Source: the human T2T-CHM13v2.0 reference genome, Homo sapiens. From it: DNA of 64,000 bases. Under the pieces are notes generated by a model. It was given only the letters and a program-made list of their open reading frames with translations. It searched no databases and had not been told where the DNA came from. Each line of letters opens with the position of its first letter. Within the stretch, counting starts at the first letter, position 1. A program made the position numbers and the translations under genes. Below are positions 1 to 13,844 of this stretch, one piece after another. Where the stretch lies: NCBI RefSeq assembly GCF_009914755.1, contig NC_060930.1; one strand, given 5' to 3'.

Positions 1-494
1 AAACAAAAATAAAACAAATATTTAGAGGAAACATTATTTAAGGAGAAAATCCTTATTCTTTGCATAAGAAAATAAATGAAAAGGACTTTATAGCATTAGA
101 AAACGATAAATAGCTAGAAAGCAGAACAGTTGTAAAACTCATAATAGCACGTATTCTTTGAAAAAAGTGCAAAATAGCAAACTGTTAGTTAAACAGATCA
201 ATAAAAAGGGAGAAAATATAAAATACAAAATGAGAAATAAACATGAAAATAACTAACAATATAGAGGACACAAAATACGACACTGCTTCTCTCACCCTTA
301 TGCAAGTGAATTAGGAAATCCACAGGAAATAAATACTTTATAGCAAAAATACCTAGAAAAATATAAAAATAAAACTCCAGTAAACCAATTACCAAAAGAA
401 AAACTGAAAAAAAAAATGAAAAGTTACCCTCAAAAAGCTCCAAGTCACAAATAGATTCCCAGGGAAATTCGAACAATCTTTTAAGGAACAAATT

Positions 495-1460
495 CAGTTA
501 TGTGTTGCTTAACGATGGAAATACATTCTGAGAAATCCATCCTTAGGGGAATTCTTTTATTATTATTATTATTTTATTTTTACATAAGTTATTGGGGTAT
601 AGGTGGTATTTGGTTACATGAGTAAGTTCTTTAGTGGTGATTTGTGAGACCCTGGTTCTCCCATCCCCCGAGCAGTATATACTGCACCATTATATGTTGT
701 CTTTTATCCCTCGACCCCCTTGCACTCTTCCCCCCAAGTCCCCAAAGTTCATTGTATCATTCTTAGGCCTTTGCATCCTCATAGCTTAGCTCCCACATAT
801 CACTGAGAACATACGATGTTTGATTTTCCATCACTGAGTTACTTCACTTAGAATAATAGTCTCCAGTCTCATCCAGGTCACTGCAAATGCTGTTAATTCA
901 CTCCTTTTTATGGCTGAGTAGTATTTCGTTGTCTATAGTGTATATATACCACAGTTTCTTTATCCAGTCATTGATTGATGGGCATTTGGGTTGGTTCCAT
1001 GATTTTGCAATTGTGAATTGTGCTGCTATAAACGTGTGTGCAAGCATCTTTTTTGAATAATGACTTCTTTTCCTCTGGGTAGATACCCAGTAGTGGGATT
1101 GCTGGATCAAATGGGAGTTCTACTTTTAGTTCTTTAAGGAATCTCCACGCTGTTTTCCATAGCAACTGTACTAGTTAGGGGAATTCTTTTTTGCGCAAGC
1201 CTCATATATTTTACCTTACACAAGCCTAGATGGTATAGCCTACTACACACCTAAGCTATAGGGTATAGTATAGCCTATTGCTCCTAGGCTACAAACCTGT
1301 ACAGCACAGTATTGTACTGAATACTGTAGGCAACTGTCACACAGTGGTAAGTATTTGTGAATCTAAGCATATCTAAACATTGAAAAGATTCAGTAAAAAT
1401 GGGACCACCATTATATATGCAGTTCGTTGTTGGCTGAAATGTCATTATGCAGTTCATGAT
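495..1460 (+). mobile_element. Tigger3a (GOLEM, TcMar-Tigger) non-autonomous DNA transposon, split by an L1PB
   Basis: 5' end cagttatgtgttgcttaacgatggaaatacattctgagaa; internal ctagatggtatagcctactacacacctaagcta; 3' end gggaccaccattatatatgcagttcgttgttggctgaaatgtcattatgcag. Confidence 0.8.
559..1174 (-). mobile_element. L1PB1-like 5'-truncated LINE-1 with perfect 16-bp TSD
   Basis: L1PB 3' end (ggggtataggtggtatttggttacatgagtaagttctttagtggtg); ORF2 C-terminal peptide fragments; TSD ttaggggaattctttt at 543-558 and 1175-1190. Confidence 0.9.
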
Positions 1461-2611
1461 GACAACTCTAATAACAGAGAGTTGTAGACTATAGTAATGC
1501 AAGCATATCTTCTAAATAATTTTCTGTAGCAAGTGTAACATTGTTATAAAACCCAGCAGAAGTTGCACAAAAAGGAAACTTCAGCCCAAACTCAGTTATA
1601 AATATCAATGCAGATATCTCAATTTAGTAGGAAACAGAACTCAGTAGAACATTAAAGAGTGCTGTGTCCTCACCAAGTGGGATTTAATGCAAGGGGAAAA
1701 GAATGTAATTGTCTCCTTAGACTTTAAGTGCCATCTTTATTAAATAAACAAAACAGAACCCTTAAGGACTTTCAGTAAGGGATGGTGGATTGAATAATGC
1801 CTCTAAATATGCTCCTTCCCAATATTTCCTTAAAATTATTGTAAAGATGTACTGTAAAGATATAGTCTACAAGTATGGGAAGTAAGAAGAGGAGACACAG
1901 CAATAAAATTTTAGAGGCAGAAAAATATCCTGATGAGGAAAAGCTGACATAGCAACCCAAGAAAGCTAAATCCTAGGCTGGCCAGGGAGAAAGCCAAGTA
2001 CTGATTCCATTTCTATGTTAGAGTTCTCAGAAGGCTTAGGATTTGGAGGTGCTTGATACCTCTGAAAGGAAGGTAAAGAAATGGTAGCTGAAAAAAGGAA
2101 GAAAAGGTAAAAGCTATTTAAGAAGTAGCTATCCCCAAATTCATATTTCTTCTTGACTGATTAACTACCATTTTAAGATAATAATTCACATGCTGGAGAG
2201 AGGAAAACAGGATTTCTGGCCTGGGGCCTCCTGGCATAGTGGAGAGCAGTGGAGCTCTTCTGAAAACAGGGGACTAAGTGATGCTATAAGGGGTTAATGC
2301 CGACCCGCACTGTCTCTTCTATTCACATCTCAGAACACTTGTAGCCAGGCCTTTGCCTTCTAGCCAGGAGATTGAAAATGTCTTTTTTGAGGAATCTGAC
2401 CAATACAAAGAGGAAAGCTCTCAAGTTATTGAGACTGGGTTACCCTGTACAGTGAAACTCAAATAGCCTGATCCATGTGCTCAGAGTTTCCAAAGTGCTC
2501 TTAATTCCTGACTCTAAAATATTAGCAGATAATTAAAGATATCCAGATACCCGAGGAAGACCTCCAATATGAAATATGAGCAGAAAACCAAACCAAAAAA
2601 AAAATGACCAA

Positions 2612-2658
2612 ACAGGAAATAAAACAAACAAACAAACAAACAAACAAACAAACAAAAC
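2612..2658 (+). repeat. (AAAC)n microsatellite
   Basis: aaacaaacaaacaaacaaacaaacaaacaaacaaaac seen directly. Confidence 0.9.
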
Positions 2659-2846
2659 AGAGGAAACACTATTTAGACAGAAAAAACTCAAGAACATCAA
2701 TATTTTTACAGATAGATAAGATAGTGCCTCTATAAAATCGGAACAGAATACTAAAAAAATAAAAAGAATACTTGGAAAATAAAAGGGCCTCTTGGAAATT
2801 AAACACAAGATTGCAGAAACAAAGAATGCAATATAAAAGTTGGAGG

Positions 2847-2926
2847 TGGGGTGACTAACTCATCGCAGTTTGTCTTAGCACTAAAATTCCCACTCCTGGG
2901 AAACCTCTCTATGCTAGGTCACCTTA
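2847..2926 (-). mobile_element. MER81-like hAT-Blackjack MITE, internally deleted
   Basis: TIRs tggggtgact...ggtcacctta; 8-bp TSD gttggagg (2839-2846) / gttggaga (2927-2934). Confidence 0.7.
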
Positions 2927-2935
2927 GTTGGAGAA

Positions 2936-3303
2936 TGATACGGTTTGGCCCTGTGTCCCCACCCAAATCTCTTGTTGAATTGTAATCTCCAGTGTTGGGG
3001 GAGGGACTTGGTGTGAGGTGATTAGATCATGGGGGCAGATTTCCCTCTTGCTGTTGTCATGACAGTGAGACAGTTCTCATGAGATCAGGTTGTTTAATAT
3101 GTGTAGCAATTCCCCTTCACTCTCCTGCTCCGCCATGGTAAGATGTGCTTGCCTCCCTTCGGCCATAATTATAAGCTTCCTGAGACCTCCCACCCATGGT
3201 TCTTGTACAGCCTGTGGAACTGTGAGTCAATTAAACCTCTTTCCTTTATAAATTACTGAGTCTCAGATAGTTCTTTATAGCAGTATGAGAACAGACTTAT
3301 ACA
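2936..3303. mobile_element. MSTA-type ERVL-MaLR solo LTR
   Basis: tgatacggtttggccctgtgtccccacccaaatctc ... ttctttatagcagtatgagaacagacttataca; TG..CA ends; 5-bp TSD gagaa/gagga. Confidence 0.9.
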
Positions 3304-3889
3304 GAGGACAAATTAACTAAACCTCTCAAGCTGATGAGCAAAAGGAAATGAGATGAGAATTTGAGGACTATCTAAAAAAGTCCAACATCCAGAAAGAGAA
3401 GAGAGAAGAAAAAGAGAAGGAAATGATAAAATAATTCATGAAAATTTTCCAAAATGTTACATATAAAAGAGCATCAAATTCCTACAAAAGTAGATGAAGA
3501 TATACCCACGCCAAAGCGCATACTGGGGTATTTTCAGATTATTGAGGACAAAAAGAAATCCTGTGTGCTTCCAGAGAGAGAGGACAACAAAAAGGGTCAT
3601 TTACAAATCATCGGAAATCAAAATGGCTGGGCTTCTAAACCACACTGGACAATAAAATAATCCAGTATAATAATACTTTCAAAATTCTGAAAGAAATTAT
3701 TTTCCAACCTGGAATTTCATATTCAAACAATCAAACGTAAGAGTAGAAGAAAGTCAGTTTTCAACATGCAGGTTATTGGAAATTGGCTTCCATATACTTC
3801 ATTTTCCCAGGAAGCTCCTTTAGGGTCCAGTCAATATGAGAGAAAACCAAAAAAATGTAAGACACAGGCTATTAGAAATAGGAGATCCA

Positions 3890-4198
<309 letters not shown>

Positions 4199-5314
4199 AG
4201 AAACAGGAGATCGAACATGGGAGAGAGAGGCAAATTAAATATCCAGGATTATGCTAAAGAGAATCACAGGATCATAATGTATACAAACATAGAAGGCAAT
4301 TAGCACAGATTGAAACATAAATATTGAAGCTGTAACCACTAAGAATCCTTTCATCTTTGTATTGTATTAGCAACTGACAGTACTCAAGTGAGCTTCGCCA
4401 AGGTTCTTAACTCTCTTTTGCTCGTCCAAGTGCTGATAAGATTCTGCTCTCCCTCCCTGCCCAGCTGCCTGGGTAGAGTGAGGACAACACCTGATCCTAC
4501 AGAAACATTCAGGTTTGACCGACTCCTAAGAGCTGAAGATTGGCAAAAGTGAACTTAGAGGCACAAAACACAGAGTAGCACACTCTCTGCAAACATTTTC
4601 CTCTTGATTGGATAGAACTTGATTCCGCCAGATAAGCGCATTTGGTGAATTCATTGCTTTCCATGGATCACCATGGGCTTTCCCCCTGACAACCTGAGAA
4701 TTGATTTTTACACCCTCCAAGAAAAAACTGAAGCCTGAGTATAAGCCAGAGACTGTTCAAACCACTTTACCTAAGCACCTTCAACTATCAATAACAACAC
4801 TGTCCTTTTCTCACATAGTTAGTCTTGTGTTTGCTACTCAGTTGTCATATTAATCACTTTCACACTGATTAATAATTTTTGTAATTACTTGCTAAAACAA
4901 TGAAATGTTTGATTTAGAAATAAAACAAAATTATAAGTCAGAATCATCTTTAATGGACAAGTACTGCATATGTTCCATTAAAGCTACCCACTGACATGGC
5001 TTTCATTTCATTTTCATTCAATGTTAGAGGCATTAACCAATGAAATTAGACAAATGGAAGAAATGAAAAGTATCATAACTGGCAAAGAGGAGACAAATTT
5101 ATCACTCTGTTAGGTGAATTGATTTTTTTGGATTGACCCAAAACTTCTAAGAGAATCAAGTGAACGACAATTACAATCAGTACGATAATTCAGTAACGTG
5201 TCTTGGTAGAAAATAAATAGCTTTCATGTACTGATACAGAAAAATTCCAAAATTGTCAAATAAAAAAATCAAACAAGACACAGAACATTGTAAAGAGGAC
5301 ATTATCTTTTTAAA

Positions 5315-5775
5315 TTTTAAATTTAAATTTTTATTTTTTCTTCAACTTTTAAGTTCCAGGGTATATGTGCAGGATGTCTAGGTTTATTACATAGGTAAAC
5401 GTGTGCCATAGTGGTTTGCTGCATGGGTCAGCACATCACCTAGGTGTTAGGTCCAGCATCCATTAGCTATTCTTCCTGATGCTCTCCCTCTTCCCACAAC
5501 CCTGGACAAGCCCCAGTATGTGTTGTTCCCCCACCATGTGTTCATGTCTTCTTATTTTTCAGCTCCCACTTATAAGGGAGAACATGTGGTGTTTGGTTTT
5601 ACTGTTCCTGCATTAGTTTGCTGAGGATAATGGCTTCCGGCTCCATCCATGTCTCTGCAAAGAACATGATCTTGTTCCTTTTTATGGCCACATAGTATTC
5701 CATGGTGTATATGTACCACATTTTCTTTATCTAATCTATCATTGATAGGCATTTGTATTGATTCCATGTCTTTAC
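5315..5775 (-). mobile_element. L1PA (about PA13-16) 3' fragment
   Basis: L1 3'UTR reverse complement (gggtatatgtgcaggatgtc...ttacataggtaaacgtgtgcca); flanking tatctttttaaa at 5303-5314 and 5783-5794. Confidence 0.9.
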
Positions 5776-6685
5776 TAGATGCTATCTTTTTAAAATAATA
5801 AGTATGCATGTGCTGTGTGTGTAAAGTAAGATACATATTTGTATTTGCTTGATTTGTAGAAGACATATACCTGTATGTAGGCCCTTTTTGCAACTTTTCT
5901 TTGTAGCCTCAAGACTTCTTACTGTTTTGATTTCCTTGCTCCATTCACATAATTCATGGCCTCATGTAGTAGTTCCTACTTCCTCAAAGCCACTCATCGT
6001 TTTTCCATGTTGAAGACCCACTTTAGTTAAGGCCTCGTAACCTCCTTTCTTTGCAGTTGCACTCCTCTATTTGTTGCACCACCAGTTTCTCTCCAAAACA
6101 ACACATTGCCTAGAATTGAAGACCTTATTCATTCTTTCCAGACCCATCCTTCCCTGATTCCTTATCCATGACAAACTCAACTCCGAAACTTATTGTGTCA
6201 TGAACTAAACCTTGTACTTCTGCCCCTCCACTCACTTTAATATTTTCCACAATGCCCTCCCCTTGACTTCCCGATTTCTTCCAGACCAAATCACAAGCAT
6301 CTTTAAATTAATTTCCATGACTACCTACCTCTTCCATGAAGATGTTCCTAACCCCAGCCCACTTCTTTTGGATGGATTATCTTCTTCCTTACAGATATCT
6401 CCCCTTAATACTTTCAAAAATAAACCTGGTACCCTTCAGGAGACATTCTGCAGGCACTTGTTTTGTTCTGCAGAAGAGGCTGGAGGCAGGGAATGAAAGG
6501 AATTTTTGAAAGAGACACACAATATACACTGAAAGCAGTTGTCTCATGAGGGACACCATCTCATGAGGAGAGGTTGTCTTCTTAGTGGTAAGAGATTCTG
6601 ACCTATGTCTATCGTAGACCTAATTCCAAGCGTGCTTGACTTTTTTATGCTAACATCCTCTTATGCCTTTCTTCTTCCCCACCAG

Positions 6686-6889
6686 GATGTAACAGTCTCT
6701 CCCAAGCCTGTCTCGCTCCATCCTTTATATCAGACTAAACTCTATCCTCCTGCTAAGTCACTGCTGCATCCACAGACCCTCTCACATGCTGACTGTCTTG
6801 CCCCAGGACCCTTCAGTCATCTGTCCTTCTCCTTGAGTGATGAACAGGAGAATTCTCACACCCTCCTCAGTCACAACGCATGCAACAAG
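6686..6889 (+). CDS. MLIP: MLIP internal coding exon, 204 nt, phase 0/0: DVTVSPKPVSLHPLYQTKLYPPAKSLLHPQTLSHADCLAPGPFSHLSFSLSDEQENSHTLLSHNACNK
   Basis: Polypyrimidine tract plus CAG acceptor (6683-6685), AAG|gtgaga donor, open frame inside ORF 6605-6931; peptide recognised as the MLIP C-terminal region. Confidence 0.92.
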
Positions 6890-7427
6890 GTGAGAACTCC
6901 TCCCCAAAATGAGGACTATTCTATTCTGTGAACCTTCATTACGCTTGACTTTTAAAACTTAAATGTGGAGGAAACATGTGTTAGGAATATTTAAATATTA
7001 AATATCTAAATGTATAAAGAATATTAAATATTTGTGTGAAAGCACATTACCTTATAAGCAGATAATAATTGAACTTGGGAAATAATAAACATTTATATAT
7101 TTTTCCAAAGTTATTCCCTGATTTGTATTTTTCACTGTTTCATGTTCTAACTCCATGGTGGAAATTCCAAGACATTTTTCAAAACCTCACAAAATGCCAT
7201 TATTAATTTATATTCTAGTCTTAGTTCAGTGTTCCTAAAAAGCTTCTTTAAATTACAGTGCCTGGTTGAGGAGGCACTTATAATTAGAGTCAATGGGCAA
7301 AAAATGACTTAGAATTACTGTGGGCATCTGCAAAATAATATTCACATTTTACTTTAAAATGTACCTGTCTGCTTCACTGTGTATAGTAACGCGATGTGTA
7401 AAAAATAATGAAGTGTTTCGTACCTGA

Positions 7428-7476
7428 AGTGTGTGTGTGCGTGTGTGTGCGTGTGTCTGTCTGTCTGAGTGTGTAT
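7428..7476 (+). repeat. Imperfect (TG)n/(TCTG)n microsatellite
   Basis: gtgtgtgtgtgcgtgtgtgtgcgtgtgtctgtctgtctg. Confidence 0.85.
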
Positions 7477-9139
7477 GATACAAAACAAGTAAAAAATATT
7501 TATAGTTGGCTTTGGAATTGAATCATAAATGTTTTCTAGGAACAAGCAATTAAACTACATGGGGCTTACATATAAGTGCCCTTTGCTCTTCTGATAAGGG
7601 CATCCTGGCTAGTACAGATGCTCAGACCCTGAAAATTTCCTAAAATAATTAACTGGTTAAACTTTAATTAAATCTTTTTGTGAAATTCAAAATCCTGTTT
7701 AAAAGCATTTATTCTACAAGGTATCTACCTCCAGTTAAATACATCTCTATACTTAGAAATCAATCAAGATCATCTTCCAGAATGTAGTTGGATAATACTT
7801 CTTGGAGCCTGAGGCATTTTTAAAGAAAAAAATGTCAATAAACCCTGTCTAAATGCAAACAGTCATCTAAAAGCAAAAACTATAACACTGTTATATAAGG
7901 AAAAATTAGATTTTTATATTTAATAGCTTCTATGACAACTGAATGATCAATTTTGATTAAACAAATTTTAAAATATCAGTTTTTTGCCAAAAAATGTTTT
8001 TGGGCAACATTCAATATGACATTTTTCTGACCTTTGTTTGTGTCCCATTCTTGGTCTAGAAAATAAGTATATGAGAGAAAATATAATATTTTAAAAATTA
8101 TTTTATATTATTTGAAATTCTTTCTGATTTAATATTTGCCAACAGCCATGAAATACATTTAGTTATTTGAGTTAATAATTCTGATAATACTATTACCATT
8201 TTCTTATAAATTGTCATCTATATGATAAGGTTATGATTTAATTTACAGATATCCGTTACATGATATAGCTCATTGTTTTGATATTTTGAAAGTGTTTTCT
8301 GGAACTGTTCAGCAAGGATAGACTATATTTCATCCATATGTCAGTCTTTGTTTGGTTAGGCTGAGAAGAACAAAAGCTGTGTGAAATCAGACAACTATTT
8401 TCAGTCCACATAATCCTCATAATAGATTTTGTCTTTCTGAGTGTGAGATTTGTTGATACTGAATAAAGAACCATTCATAACCAAAATAATAATAGTAATA
8501 ATAATAAGATAGTAATACAACATTTTTAATGGAATGTTCACTTGCTTAGTCTTGAATCTGTATTGCCTTATTAAAGTACATGAATTACCAATTTGATGTC
8601 TATGTTTACAAACATTGTTTGTTAGATATTGGGTTAATAGCATACTAATTTATCAGGACTTTTTCTTTTTACTTGAAATAACTTAATGCCTTTAATTGCA
8701 AGACATAATCTGTTATTTAATTAACTTTTCTTCAATACGCTAACATGATTCCCAAGTCTGACCTTACAGCTTTGCCTACTGGCCTATCTCCAAACTCAAA
8801 TCTTCCCATCCTTCCCTCTGGAGAACCATGCTGAACTTGTCTTACCAGTCTTTAGAGTCCCTCTTCAGCTGGGCTACAATAGGTGTTCAACAGGTTGTAT
8901 TCTTCTTCTGCTGAGTCTGCAGTGTGCACTCTTCTCTTCTAAGTTTTAATCAAACTCCTCATGTCCTAAATCTTCACCTTAATCCCTCCCTTACTTTTTT
9001 ACTTTCAAGAGGGAACTTTATAACTGGGTGCATCATATCCTATAAGGATGCTCAGGTACTTTCTTTTCATCCTGGAATAAAACAGTACAACTGCCTTCTT
9101 CACTGCCTTGCAGCCTCATGAAGGAAGTCATTCCTTTTA

Positions 9140-10100
9140 CTTTCTTTTCTTTTTTTTGTTTTAATTATACTTTAAGTTCTGGGATACATGTGCAGAACAT
9201 GCCGGTTTGTTACATAGGTGTACATGTGCCACGGTTGTTTGCTGCACCCATCAACCCGTCATCTACATTAGGTATTTCTCCTAATGCTATCCCTCTCCTA
9301 GCCCCCCACCCCCCAACAGGCCCCAGTGTGTGATGTTCCCCTCTCTGTGTCCATGTGTTTTCATTGTTCAACTCCCACTTATGAGTGAGAACATGCAGAG
9401 TTTGTTTTTCTGTTCCTGTGTTAGTTTGCTGAGAATGATGGTTTCCAGCTTCATCCATGTCCCTGCAGAAGACATGAACTCATCCCTTTTTATGACTGTA
9501 TAGTATTCCATGGTGTATATGTGCCACATTTTCTTTATCCAGTCTATCATTGATGGGCATTTGGGTTGGTTCCAAGTCTTTGCTATTGTGAATAGTGCTG
9601 CAATAAACATATGTGTGCATGTGTCTTTATAGTAGAATGATTTATAATTCTTTGGGTATATACCCAGTAATGGGATTGCTGGATCAAATGGTATTTCTGG
9701 ATCAAATGGTATTTCTGGTTCTAGATTCTTGAGGAATAGCCTTACTGTCTTCCACAATTGTTGAACTAATTTACACTCCCACCAACAGTGTAAAAGATTT
9801 CTTCTCTCTCCAGATCTTCTCCAGCCTCTGTTGTTTCCTGACTTTTTAATGATCACCATTCTAACTGGCATGAGATCGTATCTCATTGTGATTTTGATTT
9901 GCATTTCTGTAATGCCCAGTGATGATGAGCTTTTCTTCATATGTTTGTTGGCTGCATAAATGTCTTCTTTTGAGAAGTTTCTGTTCATATCCTTTGCCCA
10001 CTTTTTGATGGGGTTGTTTGTTTTTTTCTTGTAGATTTATTTAAGTTCCTTGTAGATTCTGGATATTAGCCCTTTGACAGAAGGATAGATTGCAAAAATT
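9140..10100 (-). mobile_element. L1PA (about PA7-8) 3' ~1 kb fragment
   Basis: Poly-T tail, L1 3'UTR; ORF 9368-9988 encodes the ORF2p C-terminus ([10 protein letters not shown]...[22 protein letters not shown]). Confidence 0.95.
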
Positions 10101-10124
10101 CTTTTATCCTTAAAAGTGAGATAG

Positions 10125-10365
10125 CCCAGCAGGTTAAGAGGATGATGCCTCTAGTTCCTTTGTCTGAGGTTATTTCTTGACCCAACCCTTTTTAGATGGT
10201 GATATTGGGCAAGTCATTTAGCCTCTGAATGCCTCCGTTTACTCATTTTTAAAATGAGAATAATAATAGTACCTACCTTATTAGAGTATTATGAAAATAA
10301 AATTTACGAATATGCGTAAAAGTGCCTGAAGATAACGAAAAACATATAAAAGTTAGATCTTATTA
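10125..10365 (+). mobile_element. MIR
   Basis: MIR core ttgggcaagtcatttagcctctgaatgcctccgtttactcatttttaaaatgagaataataatagtacctacc. Confidence 0.8.
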
Positions 10366-10589
10366 TCACTAAGCTTTCTGGGATTGTCATTCTTACTGCT
10401 CTCCAAAATCGTCCATTCTTCTCCATTGGATTCCTCCCCTTTGTATGCAGAAGCCTAAAAAACAAAATAAAACAATACAAAAGGAGCACTTGATCCTTTT
10501 CCTTGATGATGCTGCAAATCTATCAGTTTCAAAATTTTCTTTCTCTCAAAGTGGTCAATAGCCACTATCTCCATCCCCTTTCTGCAAAC

Positions 10590-11575
10590 TCACTCTTCAG
10601 CCCGTTCTTGAAAGCATTCTGACTTTCACCTCTACCACTCTACTGAAATTGCTCTGTCAAGGGTAAACTGGTTGTCAGCAAATTCAGCTGAATTTCCTGA
10701 CACAGTTGATCATTTCCTCTTGCATTTCTCTCCTCACTCTGCTCTTGGGATAATATGCACATTCTAACTTTCTGACTGCTCCTTCTTTGCTTTCTTTGTG
10801 GACACTTCTTGCTCCTCTACCTCTTCTTTCTAATTGCCTCACTTCAGCTATTTACCCACTCACAGGCCTTAGTGATTATCTTAGTACTGATAAGTCTCAA
10901 ATCTACACTTCCCATTCTGCTTCTCCACTGAGATTCAGTTTCGTATCTTTAGCTGCTTGCTTATCATTTCCCCTAGGATGTCATGTTGTCACCTCAAACT
11001 CATCATTCATTTTGTCTCAAACTAGTTCTGCACTGGCTTTTCTACTTCTGTGATGAAAATCACAATTCTCAGTCCCCAAACTCAAAACTTGATTCATCTG
11101 TTATGCTTTATGCTTTTTCTGCTTTGTCCTTATATTGAGTCATTCACCAAGTTGAATGCGTTCTTATATTTTCTCACACTAGTCTTTATTATTATTCTTT
11201 TACTTTACTTAAACTGATTTTCTTATTTTCCTCTAGGCACACCTTGGAAATTCCTTACTGTTCTACTTGTTCATGCATTTTCCCATATAAAATACTCTTC
11301 TATGTTCTCCTTGCTTACACAAACCATTCTTGTACTTTAAGTCCAAGTTAAATTATCCCTCCTCTTTTGTGACATTTCTCCATGCATCAGTACTCAAAAT
11401 GATTTGTTTTCTCCTTTCAATTTCTATACTCTTTTCCTGTGCCAGGGCATCTCATGCATATTATAGGTCATCTTGTATTTATTTGTTGTGCTTGTCTTGG
11501 TGTTTATCTAGGGTGTGACATAATATGCTATTTCCCACTGTATAGGCAAGGTAGTAAAGATCTATTAATGATGAA
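10590..11575 (+). mobile_element. L2 fragments
   Basis: Pyrimidine-rich L2 ORF2/3' signatures (ctctaccactctactgaaattgctctgtcaaggg; gataagtctcaaatctac). Confidence 0.6.
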
Positions 11576-12089
11576 CAATTTCTACAACTACCTAACTTTT
11601 TCACTAGGAGCCCCAGATGCTTGAATTATTATGATTATTTCTATTTCAAGTAAAGACTAAATCTGAGTCAACTTATGGATTTACCAGTTTGTTTAGAATA
11701 ATGTCACTCAGTTGAGGATATTTCTTTTATTGAAGGCTATATCCAGTTTCCACAGATCTGATGGAGTGTGTTGGGAACATAGGTAGGGTGGGGTTGTGGA
11801 GGCAGGGGGCATCTGACCTTCTCTTGTGGTGTTCTCATTCCTTTCTGTTATATAACCATGAGCCATATAATACATGGTTACATCCTTTTTTCTTCACTAG
11901 CATGGCATGTCCTTATCAACTGTAGGTCAGTTACTTTTGTGCCCCTACAGCTTACATGGGAGAACATTATTACCTGCTTGCTGGGAGCAAGGTGAACTTT
12001 GTGAAGCTATCTCAGAACCATTCTCTTGGATGCCCTACATATCTTTCTCTGTTCTGTTCGTGTCCCCTTTGCCATAGGGAACTCCAAAA

Positions 12090-13026
<937 letters not shown>

Positions 13027-13029
13027 ACC

Positions 13030-13420
13030 TTTGTTTGGTTTTCTCTGAGAAGACCGTCACTTATGAGTAGTTATTTTGGGAGGTGGTTCCAGGAAATGCC
13101 TGTTAGGGGAGTGGGGACTGAGACAAGGAGGAGAGGCATCTGGTAAAGGGTGTGTGAGCAAGCAGATGACCACTGTGGGGAACTGGAGCTTCATATGGCT
13201 GGGGAACTCTGGGAGCTGCTGTAGGGACACACAGCTCAGAGCCCTGCTTTCTGAGGGGTGGAGGAGGGAAATTCTGGCAGTCATTAGTTGAGGAGAGGGG
13301 GTGGGGCAGCATCAATCCCCAGAAAGAGCCCTGAGGCAAAGAAAAGTAGAAACAGGTAGTTTGAAGTTCAGAGGATGGTTGCTGCTTAAACGTTAAGGAC
13401 TGAGAAGGTATATGTGGCTC
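13030..13420. mobile_element. LTR33-like ERVL LTR
   Basis: gtagttattttgggaggtggttccaggaaatgcctgttaggggagtgggg...gaccactgtggggaactggagct. Confidence 0.65.
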
Positions 13421-13544
13421 AATGACTTATATTGTATGTATCTGTACAAACATATATACATATATATTCATGAAATTTTATGTTTATGATCTAATTTTGA
13501 AGTCCAGGCTCCTGCAGATCAAAACTTTGGCTGTTAAAACTTAA

Positions 13545-13844
13545 GGTGGCTCATGCCTGTAATCCCAACACTTTGAGAAGCCAAGGTGGGAGGATTGCTT
13601 AAGCCCAGGAGCCAGAGACCAGCCTGGACAACATAGGGAGACTGTCTCTAAAAAAAAAAAAAAAAAAAAATTAGCTGGGCATGGTTTCGTGCACCTGTGG
13701 TCCCAGCTACTCAGGAGGCTGAGGTGGGAGGATTGTTTGAGCCCAGGAAGTCAAGGCTGCACTGAACCGTGATTGTGTCACTGCATTCTCGGCTGTGCAA
13801 CAAAGTGAGACCCTGTCACAAAAGCAAACAAAAACAAAATAAAA
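13545..13844 (+). mobile_element. AluJ
   Basis: J diagnostics (ggaggattgcttaagcccagga, caacataggga, ggctgcactgaacc); A21 middle linker. Confidence 0.9.

Larger units (their letters stand above)
1..1750 (+). mobile_element. Old L1M ORF2 fragment, interrupted by Tigger3a; resumes at ~4990-5300
   Basis: A-rich degenerate matches to L1 ORF2, e.g. aaaagctccaagtcacaaatagattcccagggaaattc and ataaatatcaatgcagatatctcaa...gaacattaaa. Confidence 0.6.

Noticed and set aside
6605-6931. 108-aa ORF as a stand-alone gene
   Set aside because: The N-terminal 27 codons are intron (polypyrimidine tract); only 6686-6889 is bounded by splice sites.
9368-9988. 206-aa ORF, the longest in the window
   Set aside because: C-terminus of L1 ORF2p in a 5'-truncated copy; not a host gene.
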